DNA of 62,836 nucleotides, counting the filler. It is 13 parts of 13 records of this genome, joined end to end, with 100 filler letters (N's around TTAATTAATTAA, not from the genome) between each part and the next. Parts side by side here need not be neighbours in the genome. Positions count along the whole stretch, not along the records: positions 48,327 to 51,230 come from SRR11831580_2737; positions 51,331 to 55,418 come from SRR11831580_2744; positions 55,519 to 59,791 come from SRR11831580_2771; positions 59,892 to 62,836 come from SRR11831580_2811; 9 more parts are not named here. The stretch is one strand, 5' to 3'. The position numbers and the translations under genes are program-made. The stretch's first letter is position 1. Each line of letters begins with the position of its first letter. This document shows positions 48,487 through 61,719 of this stretch, piece by piece. The notes under the pieces are model-generated. The model saw nothing but the letters and a program-made list of their open reading frames with translations. It was not told the origin of the DNA and searched no databases.

Positions 48487-50889
48487 CCGTTGGTGCTCAA
48501 GGTGGCGGAGCACACCTTTGATCTCTGCCACCCGGATCAAATCAAAGCGGACGACAAGTACAAAGCAGCACCCCTGGAGGTGGTGAAGGCAGTCGTCGGG
48601 GCCATAGTGCAGCGCTTACAAGTGCGCGCAGATAGTAGTACGTGTGCATGGTGCTGCATGTATATACTTGTCTTTATCTGCATATAACGCGCGGACATGC
48701 ATTGTATACACGTATATCGAGCTGGAGGTCTCTTTACTCATATATATGTATGCACATGCACGCGTGTGCATGTACTCTGTAGAATGGAACACACGCAAGT
48801 CCATCGCCAAAGAGATGACTGAGCATATGGTCAAGCGGCTCGCTTCCAAATACAGCGAGATTCGGAACCCCCAACCAAGAAGCGACTCCGTGAGGACAAG
48901 CAAGCCGCGAAGCCTAGCAAGCTGCGTCTCGACGTTGTACGTACATGCATACAAGCGTGTTCTCGTGCTATGTTTGCGCGCTTATATATGCATCAGTTGA
49001 ATGCGGTATAGCTTATGACTACGTGTGGTATATACATGCAATGTGAACATGAGTTTCTCTTTATATATACTCACACGCTTGCATTCACATGCATGCAGAG
49101 CGACCAGGTGAGCGCTATTATGGCCGAAATTCAAAAGGACGAGCTCGCCCCCGCGAGCGGCAATGATGAGCTGATGAAATTGATGGAGGAGACGTTCATT
49201 GAGAGACATGCGCAGATACGCGATGTCGCAGATCGTATTCGCCGCTCCAAAACTGAAGCGGACGGTGGATTCCTGCTCGCCGAAGTTCCTCACGCAAGGA
49301 ACTACCGTGCTGTACGTTCATGTGTTCATGCACTGCGCGTTCGCGTTTGTATATTCATGAATGCACATGCTTTTACGCATCGATGCGCGCATGCAGCATG
49401 CATACAGCTCACTTGCACGTACACGCACGCATATGTGCGCTGTATGTAGCTTATGTATGACGGCCTCCTCGCCACAAAGGCTCTCACGGACGTGGACTTC
49501 GCGACTGTGACCCATGATGTGATGAGAATTCGCTGGATCGTTTTGGGTCTGTCCACTCTGTTCGTGCTCCAGCGCGACTTTATGGTCCAACCGACCATGT
49601 GGCATGAGTGGATGCACCTCGGTGGTGACGCATTGATTGTGGTATGTCGCGCGTGCTGCCCCTCTCTTATATATATGTGTATGCATGGACTAGCTCTCGA
49701 CCCTGGTTGTTGCGTAATTAAGAGATGCAGGGTTGTTTAGCACGTCTTCGTGTGTATATATATGCGTATGTTTGCGTATACATTATGATATAACTGCATA
49801 CATGGATGTTGCATGTGCATGATTATACGTGTATAGCGTCCTGCCGAAACCGCAGTGGACTATTTCGATCGAACCGCGCCGCAGCTCTCTGACTTACCCA
49901 CATTTAAGCTGGACATGGTGGTCACCTTAACGCTCAAAGTATGTGTATGTACTTTATATATACATCGCGTACGGCCCCTCATCACTTAATTTGTATGTGC
50001 GTGTTTGTGTGTGTGTGATGTGTGCAGGTGTGCTTCGCCGTAAATACGGGTGGCAACGCGAAGATGGAGGTGAAAATGGGACGCGTGGATGTTTCGTCCT
50101 TACTTGACCACTGCTGCATCCAGTACCAGGACGCGCAGGACTGGACGAAGCATCTCACGGTGCCTATGTCCCCGTACGCGAGAATCATCGCCATGTACCC
50201 AAGCCAAAAAGGTACGCACGGGGCCTGTTCACTATAGCTTTTGTATGGGTGAGTGTTATACGCGCTGCATGCTTGAACGTTGTATATGTAATATGTGTTT
50301 GTATATGTATGTGTATACACTTGTACAATACTCATTCATATTACATCTTGCTTACAGACGTTTACGGTGAGCGTTCCGCCATCGAGTACCGCGTGTTGGT
50401 GAACGATGCCACGCTGTTCAAGACCTCTATAGAGGAGATGAAGTGTCGGTCCCTTGTACAAGCGGTGTACCTGCACTATTTGGTACGCGCGCGCGTGCAT
50501 GTATGCTTTGTATCACATGTGCGTTCATGCGATGGATCATGTATGTGTGTGCGTGCATGCATGTTAGTGAACTTTTCTATATAGATACCTATACTGCATG
50601 CTGCCATGTTCCATGTTCATATGTATCAACGTATACCCGCTCACATGCAGGCATACATGTATAGGTCCTGTATGCTTTGTGGATGGCCTGGCCGCCGCAC
50701 AGCGGGTACAAGGCTTTCCACTCGCTGGTGGCGTCTGTGGTCTTCGGTGTGCGGAAGACGCGCCCAGCACCGGGCCACAAATGGGAGGAGCTGGTGGTAA
50801 AGGGAGCCTTTGGATGTGCGATTAGCGATGTCATCGCGGACATCGCGGCAGAGCGCGGAGCCGTCTGCGGGCTCCGTGAGGATCCCTGA
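48487..50889 (+). CDS. Eukaryotic spliced gene, at least 449 aa, probably 5' truncated; resembles SAMD3-like / CMC-transposon accessory proteins
   Basis: GT-AG exons 48487-48637, 48783-48940, 49099-49311, 49450-49641, 49837-49938, 50028-50211, 50358-50482, 50665-50889 join into a 1350-nt open frame ending TGA; family assignment by recalled motif pattern only. Confidence 0.65.
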
Positions 50890-51059
50890 GTATCCTTGAG
50901 TTAGTATAAGGTGGAGTATAGCTGCAGTGGTGTGGCTTGTGCATGTCGTAACGTGAGTTAGTCAGTACGGGCTATATGCATGTATCAATGTGCGTACAGT
51001 AAGGTGAGATAGGCAGTGCATGTGGACAAATAAATCGACGTTTGAGCGCAGTGCTTGAT

Positions 51060-51229
51060 TGAATAATCTGATTCATCCAACTCTTGTAATCCGGGATAGT
51101 CTGAGTTACGTAGACAAGAACCGACAAATATTCCGAAATAGTAGCATCATTCGGTATAAGTAGTAACACCAAGAGGGCTCGTACTAACCCGGATTAAGTT
51201 CGGATTATCCCGGAGTAAATTTCGCCGTG
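51060..51229. mobile_element. Putative end of a CMC/EnSpm(CACTA)-like DNA transposon with subterminal repeats
   Basis: Reverse complement starts CACGGCGAAATTT; YYCGGA(T/G)TA at 51188, 51199, 51209 plus inverted copies near 51064, 51087, 51097, 51129. Confidence 0.5.
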
Positions 51230-51330
51230 TNNNNNNNNNNNNNNNNNNNNNNNNNNNNNNNNNNNNNNNNNNNNTTAATTAATTAANNNNNNNNNNNNNN
51301 NNNNNNNNNNNNNNNNNNNNNNNNNNNNNN

Positions 51331-51602
<272 letters not shown>

Positions 51603-51630
51603 TCAGTTAAAACGTAGTAGTGTTGGTAAA

Positions 51631-52834
<1,204 letters not shown>

Positions 52835-53448
52835 CACGTTTTTCACTCCTGCTCCCTTCGAGGTATGCCGCGTGTCGTATAAAACTTTCTTTAAGGCTTA
52901 GAGTCAAGCATCAAAAAGCGGTCAAATTATACGGTGCGCCCCCGTGATTTCAAACAATAAGTAGCCAAAAGGTGAATAAATGTTTAAATATTTTTCCAGT
53001 GCATACAATTGCGACTTTTCTGCTAACCCTGTTCGATCATGAAAAACTGTAAATAACGCGTAAACACTGGTGATAAAGCGTGCTTCAGATCACATATTGC
53101 GCATGTTCGCGCACAGCATATTTATTTACTTGGCAAATGATGCCTTTGCAAGTTTATGATATTTCAGTCTAAAAACAGATACTGTTTTAATAAATGACAT
53201 TTACACAACAAAAACCACCCATTGACATTTTTAATAATGTTTTAACAGCCAATGATGGTTCTTAGCGCCGATTTTTAGCAGACTGATATTTTCACTAATG
53301 ACTTATTTTCTGCTTACCAAAAAAAGCCACGTTATCTTGTTGATGCAAAAGAGTGAACGTGGCGTTAAATGTAACCAGTTATATCAGTAGAAAACCTGGT
53401 TGTTGTTAACAGTCTAACCGGTCAATTTTTATGATTTTTTGATAAAAA

Positions 53449-54072
53449 TTAAATTTTATTTGCTTTAATCACCACCAGATGACGTTCGCCATCCAGGGCT
53501 GGAACCTGAAGTTTAACCACTGATTCGACCTGATATTCTTCGGGCAACAAAGCGATTTCATCTTCCGGCATTTGCCCTTTCAGCGCGTAGAAACGGCCTT
53601 GCTCACCAGGAAGATGGTGGCACCAGCTCACCATATCGTTCAGAGAGGCAAAAGCGCGGCTAATTACGCCATCAAATGGCGGCTCTGAAGGAAACTCTTC
53701 TACCCTGCTCTGTACTGGTTCAATATTCTCCAGTTTAAGCTCATGTTGCACCTGACGAAGGAAACGCACGCGTTTACCAAGGCTATCCAACAGAGTGAAA
53801 TGGGCTTCAGGACGCACGATAGAGAGTGGAATGCCTGGCAGTCCTGGTCCGGTGCCGACATCGATAAACCGTTCACCTTGCAGATACGGTGCCACCACAA
53901 TGCTATCGAGAATATGGCGTACCAGCATCTCATTAGGATCGCGGACCGAAGTCAGGTTGTACGCTTTGTTCCATTTATGCAGCATATTCACGTAGGCAAT
54001 AAGCTGGTTTTTCTGGTGATCGGTAAGCGAAATACCTGCGTCTTTCAGCAGTAAGGAGAGTTTGTTGAGCAC
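53449..54072 (-). CDS. rsmG: 16S rRNA m7G527 methyltransferase
   Basis: [17 protein letters not shown]. Confidence 0.96.
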
Positions 54073-54135
54073 GGTGATTACCTGTTCTTGATGCGTTGCC
54101 TGGTAAGCGGGTGCTTACCAGGCATTTTTAATGCG

Positions 54136-55418
54136 TTATGCGCTACGACGCAGCATACCCTGTTTTTTCAGCCACACCAGCAGAATGGAGATGGCCGCAG
54201 GCGTGACGCCAGAAATACGCGAAGCTTGGCCGATAGAGGCTGGTTTGTGATCGTTAAGTTTGGCGATCACTTCGTTAGAAAGACCGGATACCTGGCGGTA
54301 ATCCAGTGTCGCGGGTAGCAGGGTGTTCTCGTTACGCAGCTGCTTTTCGATCTCATCTTGCTGGCGCGCGATATAACCTTCGTATTTAACCTGAATCTCA
54401 ACCTGTTCCGCCGCCTGTTCGTCTGTCAACGCAGGGGCAAACGGCGTCAGCGTGGTTAATTTTTCATAAGTCATTTCCGGACGACGCAGCAGATCTTCAC
54501 CACTGGCTTCACGGGAAAGCGGCGCAGTCAGGTGAGCATTCACTTCGGCTGCAGCTTCCGCCGACGGGGTTACCCAGGTCGATTTCAGACGCTGACGCTC
54601 ACGCTCGATATTCTCAAGTTTCTCGTTAAAGCGCGCCCAACGTTCGTCATCCACCAGGCCCAGTTCACGACCGATTTCAGTCAAACGCAGATCCGCATTA
54701 TCTTCGCGTAGCATCAGACGATATTCTGCGCGCGAAGTAAACATACGATACGGTTCTTTGGTTCCTAAAGTGCACAGGTCATCAACTAGTACGCCGAGAT
54801 ACGCCTGAGAACGTGCCGGAGCCCAACCTTCTTTGTCAGCAGACAGACGGGCAGCGTTAAGACCGGCCAGCAAACCTTGCGCAGCGGCTTCTTCGTAACC
54901 GGTAGTGCCGTTAATCTGACCAGCAAAGAACAGCCCCTGGATAAACTTGCTCTCCAGCGTCGGTTTCAGGTCGCGAGGATCGAAGAAGTCATACTCAATG
55001 GCATAACCCGGACGCACGATCTTCGCGTTTTCCATCCCCTGCATAGAGCGGACGATTTGCATCTGCACATCGAACGGCAGGCTGGTGGAGATACCGTTCG
55101 GATAAATTTCATTAGAGGTCAGTCCTTCCGGTTCAAGGAAGATCTGATGCTGATTTCTGTCGGCGAAGCGCATGACTTTGTCTTCGATCGACGGGCAGTA
55201 GCGTGGGCCGACACCTTCGATCACCCCTGCGTACATTGGGCTACGATCGAGGTTACTGCGGATCACATCATGGGTTTTCTCGTTGGTATGAGTGATATAA
55301 CACGGCACCTGCTGGGGATGCTGGGACGCATTGCCCATAAACGAGAATACCGGCATTGGGTTATCGCCATGCTGTTGCGCCAGTACGCTAAAGTCGATGG
55401 TTCGAGCATCAATACGCG
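54136..55418 (-). CDS. mnmG: tRNA modification enzyme MnmG/GidA (5' truncated)
   Basis: [28 protein letters not shown]. Confidence 0.97.
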
Positions 55419-55518
55419 NNNNNNNNNNNNNNNNNNNNNNNNNNNNNNNNNNNNNNNNNNNNTTAATTAATTAANNNNNNNNNNNNNNNNNNNNNNNNNN
55501 NNNNNNNNNNNNNNNNNN

Positions 55519-57587
55519 GCCGCCACGCCGCGCTCTTGCAGGAAGGCGTAATCCTGCGGCGGAATGACGCCACCCGCGACCACGCAGATATCTTCGCGTC
55601 CCCATTTTTTCAGCGCTTCGACCAGTTCCGGGATCAGCGTTTTATGACCGGCAGCCAGTGAGGATGCGCCCACTACGTGAACGTCGTTTTCTACGGCCAG
55701 GCGGGCGATCTCTTCAGGTGTAGAGAACATCGGGCTTAAATCTACGTCGAAACCGAGATCGGAATAGGCGCTGGCGATCACTTTCGCGCCGCGATCGTGT
55801 CCATCCTGGCCCATCTTAGCGATCAGAATGCGCGGGCGACGACCATTGTCGGCAAGGAACTGCTCCGTTTGCGCAACAATGGCATCGAACTCGGAGGCCG
55901 ATTTCTCAGACTGATGATAGCTTTGCGCAATCACGCCGGTAACACACTGGCTTGGCACCAGATAACGGTCGAAAGCGACTTCCAGCGCATCGGAAATTTC
56001 ACCCAGGGTGGCGCGAACGCGAGCGGCATTAACAGCGGCAGCCAGCAGGTTTTCGTTATGCTGTGCGGCGTGAGTCAGGGCGTTCAACGCGGCGGTTACG
56101 GCGGCATCATCACGGGTGGCGCGAATGCGTTCCAGCGAAGCAATTTGCTCGTTACGCACCATCACGTTGTCGATCTCAAGTACATCGGTTTCGTCTTCGT
56201 GATCCAGTTTGTACTTGTTGACACCAACGATGACACGCTTGCCCTGGTCGATCAGCGACTGTTCGCGCGCTGAGGCCTCTTCGATCATTCGTTTTGGCAG
56301 ACCTGCTTCGATCGCTTTCGCCATGCCACCGGCTTCGTCGATCTGTTGGATAATAGCTCTGGCTTGTTTGACGATTTGATCGGTCAGCGACTCAATGTAA
56401 TAGGATCCGGCCAGTGGATCGACGGTGCGGCAGAGTTCTGATTCTTCCTGGATGATGATCTGGGTGTTGCGGGCAATGCGTGCTGAGAAATCGGTAGGCA
56501 AACCAAGCGCTTCGTCAAAGACGTTGGTATGCAGTGACTGAGTACCGCCCAGCGTCGCAGCCAGCGCTTCAATGGTGGTGCGGATAACGTTGTTATACGG
56601 ATCCTGTTCAGTCAGGCTCCAGCCTGAGGTCTGGCAGTGGGTACGCAGCGCCAGTGATTTCGGGTCCTGTGCGCCAAATCCACTGACCGCTTCGCTCCAT
56701 AAATAACGTGCCGCACGCAACATGGCGACGTTCATAAACAGATCCATGCCGATGCCGAAGAAGAACGACAGGCGAGGAGCGAAGTCATCAATTTTCAGTC
56801 CGGCAGAGATTGCTGCTTTGATGTACTCAATCCCATCAGCGAGCGTAAATGCTACCTGCTGCACGCAGTTGGCACCCGCTTCACCCATGTGGTAACCGCT
56901 GATACTGATGGTATTAAATCGCGGCATGTTGCCGGAACACCAGGCGATGATGTCGGCGATAATGCGCATTGACGGTTTTGGTGGGTAAATATAGGTGTTG
57001 CGGCAGAGGTACTCTTTGAGAATATCGTTTTGAATGGTGCCGGTCAGTTTATCAGGTGTAACACCTTGCTCTTCTGCGGCGACGATATAAAACGCCAGTA
57101 CTGGTAGCACTGCGCCATTCATGGTCATCGAAACCGACATTTTATCCAGCGGGATCTGGTCGAACAGGACTTTCATATCTTCCACGGTGTCGATAGCGAC
57201 GCCCGCTTTGCCGACGTCGCCCGCCACGCGCGGGTTATCGGAGTCGTAGCCACGGTGGGTGGCAAGGTCAAACGCAACGGAAAGACCTTTTTGCCCGGCG
57301 GCCAGGTTACGGCGATAAAAAGCGTTGGACTCTTTTGCTGTTGAAAAACCAGCATACTGACGGATGGTCCACGGTTGGGCGGTATACATAGTGGCACGCG
57401 GGCCACGAACGTAGGGCGGCAAACCAGGAAGGGTACCTGTCACCTCCAGATTATCGAGATCGGCTTCGGTATACAGCGGCTTGATGGCGATCCCTTCCGC
57501 GGTTTGATGAACCAGCGAGTCGACAGTTTTCTCCCGACGGCTCAATTCCTTGTTGGCAAGCTGTTGCCACTCCTGCACGTTAGACAT
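55519..57587 (-). CDS. scpA: Methylmalonyl-CoA mutase (3' truncated)
   Basis: WTIRQYAGF and GQDGHDRG B12-binding motif. Confidence 0.96.
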
Positions 57588-57790
57588 TATTTGCTCCGTA
57601 AAACGCAATCAAAATGAGGGTATTTGCGCCTACGGTGAGCTTTTTACGTGGGTTTGTCGCCAGCAAAAAAAATGCATTCAGACGTCGTTTTTTGCCGCCT
57701 GAGATTTGTCTATTTTGTGATGTGATTCAAGGAATACAAAAAGAAGTGAGGACAACGCCTGATATGTGCTATCAGGCATTATTTGATGGA

Positions 57791-58684
57791 TTAATCCTGA
57801 CGAAGGACTTTGTGACCATAATCGAGTAACGCATCAGTGACTTTACGCATCATGCGGCTTTCAGGAGCAAAGCGGTGCCAGTAGAGCATCCGTCGTTGAA
57901 ATAGCCCAGGCGTTAAGTCAATCAGTTCACCGCTGGCCAGCTCTTTCTCGATTTGCAGGTGCGGGATCATACAGCAGGTGGTGCCCTGGCGAGCAAGTTG
58001 TACGAACGCTTCTGAAGAATTAACGATATGGCAGGGCACGCTGCCTGGAGGCAGATCGAAGTTTTGCTGCAAAAAGGCCTGGTGCATATCGTCAAGATGG
58101 TCAAACGCGACCACTGGCGCTTTCAGTAATGCCGAACGCGTTACGCCGTTAGGGAAATATTTTTCGGCAAAGGGTTTTGAGCTGACGAACAGATAGTCGA
58201 GCGCACCAAGTTTATCGACAAGACAACTCGGCAGCGCCTGATGTTGAATACTCACCGCGCCGACCACTTCGCCGCGGCGCAGACGTTCCTGAGTGCGGGT
58301 TTCATCTTCTACCTGCAAGTTGAGGCGGATAGGCGAATCAGCCAACACAGGAGCCAGTGCAGGAAGCAACCACGTCGCCAGACTGTCGGCGTTGACCGCC
58401 AGTGAAAGCAGCAGCGGAGTCGAACCGGTTTGTTCATCGCCCAGCCACTCTTCTTCCAGCAACTCCACCTGGCGCAGCAGTGCCAGCAGTTTTTGCCCTT
58501 GTTCCGTCGGGCGCGGCGGTACGGTACGCACCAACAGCGGCTGCCCGAACATATTTTCCAGTTGCTTAATGCGCTGTGAGACGGCTGATTGTGTAATGCA
58601 CAGCTTTTGTGCCGCGCGCTCAAATCCTCGTTCACGTATCACCGCATCCAGTGCCTGTAATGTTCTGTAGTCCGGGCGTTTCAT
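57791..58684 (-). CDS. argP: LysR-family regulator ArgP/IciA
   Basis: 297 aa from [26 protein letters not shown]. Confidence 0.96.
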
Positions 58685-58825
58685 TGCTGTTGTCTGCTCC
58701 TGGTAAATGCTTTTTCCTGCACTATGACACAATTTTGTGTCAGGTTGCATATACCGAAGCCGTCGGCGGGTAACATTTGTATCCGTGGTTAAAAGCGCAG
58801 CTTAAAAGATCAGGGATTTGCGCTA

Positions 58826-59056
58826 ATGCATTTCGCTCAGCGAGTTCGCGCCCTGGTTGTGTTGAATGGCGTGGCGTTATTGCCTCAATTTGCCTGTAAA
58901 CAGGGGCTTGCGAACGGTGAACTGGTGCGCCTGTTTGCACCGTGGAGCGGCATACCCAGACCGTTGTATGCTTTATTTGCGGGGCGAAAGGGGATGCCTG
59001 CCATTGCGCGATATTTTATGGATGAGTTAACCACGCGGCTTGCCAACGGGGTCTGA
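58826..59056 (+). pseudogene. yqfE: LysR-family C-terminal remnant
   Basis: 76-aa fragment (GVALLP...GELVRLF) without HTH, between argP and rpiA. Confidence 0.75.
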
Positions 59057-59111
59057 ATCGCTTTTTTTGTATATAATGCGTGTGAAATTTCATACCACAG
59101 GCGAAACGATC

Positions 59112-59771
59112 ATGACGCAGGATGAATTGAAAAAAGCAGTAGGATGGGCGGCACTTCAGTATGTTCAGCCCGGCACCATTGTTGGTGTAGGTACAGGTTC
59201 CACCGCCGCACACTTTATTGACGCGCTCGGTACAATGAAAGGCCAGATTGAAGGGGCCGTTTCCAGTTCAGATGCTTCCACTGAAAAACTGAAAAGCCTC
59301 GGCATTCACGTTTTTGATCTCAACGAAGTCGACAGCCTTGGCATCTACGTTGATGGCGCAGATGAAATCAACGGCCACATGCAAATGATCAAAGGCGGCG
59401 GCGCGGCGCTGACCCGTGAAAAAATCATTGCTTCGGTTGCAGAAAAATTTATCTGTATTGCAGACGCTTCCAAGCAGGTTGATATTCTGGGTAAATTCCC
59501 GCTGCCAGTAGAAGTTATCCCGATGGCACGTAGTGCAGTGGCGCGTCAGCTGGTGAAACTGGGCGGTCGTCCGGAATACCGTCAGGGCGTGGTGACCGAT
59601 AATGGCAACGTGATCCTCGACGTCCACGGCATGGAAATCCTTGACCCGATAGCGATGGAAAACGCCATAAATGCGATTCCTGGCGTGGTGACTGTTGGCT
59701 TGTTTGCTAACCGTGGCGCGGACGTTGCGCTGATTGGCACACCTGACGGTGTCAAAACCATTGTGAAATGA
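59112..59771 (+). CDS. rpiA: Ribose-5-phosphate isomerase A
   Basis: GVGTGST, DGADE, KGGG. Confidence 0.97.
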
Positions 59772-59891
59772 TCTGACGGGGGAACCTCCCCNNNNNNNNN
59801 NNNNNNNNNNNNNNNNNNNNNNNNNNNNNNNNNNNTTAATTAATTAANNNNNNNNNNNNNNNNNNNNNNNNNNNNNNNNNNNNNNNNNNNN

Positions 59892-59915
59892 CATACATTA
59901 TACGAAGTTATACGA
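59892..59915. other. Untrimmed 454 Titanium paired-end linker (loxP-derived) remnant
   Basis: CATACATTATACGAAGTTATACGA = loxP spacer and arm plus ACGA, fused to lpxK at the contig edge. Confidence 0.9.
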
Positions 59916-59938
59916 CCAGACCAGATTTTTTCGATCAT
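59915..59938 (-). CDS. lpxK: First codons of lipid A 4'-kinase (fragment)
   Basis: MIEKIWSG overlapping the msbA stop (ATGA). Confidence 0.75.
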
Positions 59939-61683
59939 TGGCCAAACTGCATTTTGTGAAGTTGCGCGTAAACGCCGCGGTGCTCAAGCAAATCGTTATG
60001 CGTACCGCGTTCCACAATGACACCATCCTCGACGACCACGATTTCGTCTGCCTTTTCAATGGTAGACAAGCGGTGGGCAATCACCAGAGAGGTACGGTTT
60101 TTCTGCAACTCATCCAGTGCCGCCTGAATCGCACGTTCGGATTCGGTATCCAGAGCCGAGGTAGCTTCGTCCAGAATCAGAATCGGGCTATCACGCAACA
60201 AGGCTCGAGCGATAGCAATACGCTGACGCTGACCGCCAGAGAGCAGCACGCCGTTTTCACCAATCACTGTATCGAGACCGTTATCCATCTTATTGATGAA
60301 GTCCATGGCGTAGGCCATACGCGCCGCTTCTTCAATTTGCTCACGGCTGTACTGTTCAGTCCGTGCGTAAGCAATGTTGTTAGCAACCGTATCGTTAAAC
60401 AGATGGACATTCTGCGACACCAGAGCAACCTGGTTACGTAACGACGCCAGGGTATACTCGCGCAGATCGTGACCATCCATCAGGATTTCGCCTTCATCAA
60501 TATCGTAAAAACGCGTGATCAGGCTGGCGATGGTTGATTTACCCGAACCAGAGCGTCCAACCAGAGCAACCGTCTTCCCTGCCGGAATTTTCAGGTTGAT
60601 GTTACGCAATGCAGGTACGTCACGTCCCGGATAAGTAAAGGTGACATTGCGGAATTCCACGTCGCCAGTCGCACGCTCGATCACGCGCTTACCTTCATCT
60701 TTCTCCTGCTCACTGTCCAGAATGGTAAACAGCGTCTGACAAGCCGCCATACCGCGCTGGAACTGGGCGTTAACGTTGGTCAGCGATTTCAGCGGACGCA
60801 TCAGTGCAATCATTGAAGAGAAAACAACGGTAATCGTACCGGCAGTCAGGCTATCCATGACACTTGGGAAGCTCGCCGCATACAGAACAAACGCCAGCGC
60901 CAAAGAGGCGATCAGCTGAATGATCGGATCAGAGATGGAAGAGGCTGAAACCATTTTCATCCCCTGAAGACGCATTCGGTTGCTGACTTTATCAAAGCGT
61001 TTCGTTTCCACTTCCTGACCACCGAAAATCAATACTTCTTTGTGGCCCTTCAGCATTTGTTCTGCGCTGGTGGTCACCTGCCCCATGGTGTTCTGCATGT
61101 TTTTACTGATGTTGCGAAAACGCTTCGATACAACGCGAATCGCAATCGAAACAATCGGTGCCAGCACAATCAAAATGATCGACAGTTGCCAACTGTAATA
61201 GAACATCATGATGAACAGGCCGATGATCGACGCACCTTCACGCACAACAGTAATCAGTGCGCCGGAAGAAGAAGAAGCAACCTGTTCGGAATCGTAGGTA
61301 ATACGTGACAACAGCGTACCCGTTGACTGTTTGTCAAAGAATGAAACTGGCATTCCCATCATGTGACCAAACAGGCGGCGACGCATGGTCATTACCACCT
61401 TTCCTGATACCCAGGAGATACAGTAGCTGGAGACATAGCTGGTGATACCACGTAAAATCATCAGCCCGATCACCACCAGCGGCATCCACACCAGCACGGA
61501 GCGATCTGTTTTACCAAAGCCATCATCAAGAAGTGGCTTAAGGAGCGATAACATGAAGGTATCGCTGGCTGCGTTGAGGATTAACGCTACGCCCGCCACG
61601 ATCAGACCCGCTTTGAAAGGCGCAATGGTTGGCCACAGTCGGCGGAATGTCTGCCACGTAGAGAGATCTTTGTCGTTATGCAT
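59935..61683 (-). CDS. msbA: Lipid A flippase ABC transporter
   Basis: 582 aa; [22 protein letters not shown]. Confidence 0.98.
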   Translation of the reverse strand: MHNDKDLSTWQTFRRLWPTIAPFKAGLIVAGVALILNAASDTFMLSLLKPLLDDGFGKTDRSVLVWMPLVVIGLMILRGITSYVSSYCISWVSGKVVMTMRRRLFGHMMGMPVSFFDKQSTGTLLSRITYDSEQVASSSSGALITVVREGASIIGLFIMMFYYSWQLSIILIVLAPIVSIAIRVVSKRFRNISKNMQNTMGQVTTSAEQMLKGHKEVLIFGGQEVETKRFDKVSNRMRLQGMKMVSASSISDPIIQLIASLALAFVLYAASFPSVMDSLTAGTITVVFSSMIALMRPLKSLTNVNAQFQRGMAACQTLFTILDSEQEKDEGKRVIERATGDVEFRNVTFTYPGRDVPALRNINLKIPAGKTVALVGRSGSGKSTIASLITRFYDIDEGEILMDGHDLREYTLASLRNQVALVSQNVHLFNDTVANNIAYARTEQYSREQIEEAARMAYAMDFINKMDNGLDTVIGENGVLLSGGQRQRIAIARALLRDSPILILDEATSALDTESERAIQAALDELQKNRTSLVIAHRLSTIEKADEIVVVEDGVIVERGTHNDLLEHRGVYAQLHKMQFGQ

Positions 61684-61719
61684 TCAAAAAACCAGCATTT
61701 GTTGAAATAGCCGCATATT

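Noticed and set aside
59892-59911. Engineered loxP scar or P1 prophage site in lpxK
   Set aside because: Incomplete, at a contig edge, extends with linker-specific ACGA, and lpxK is essential.
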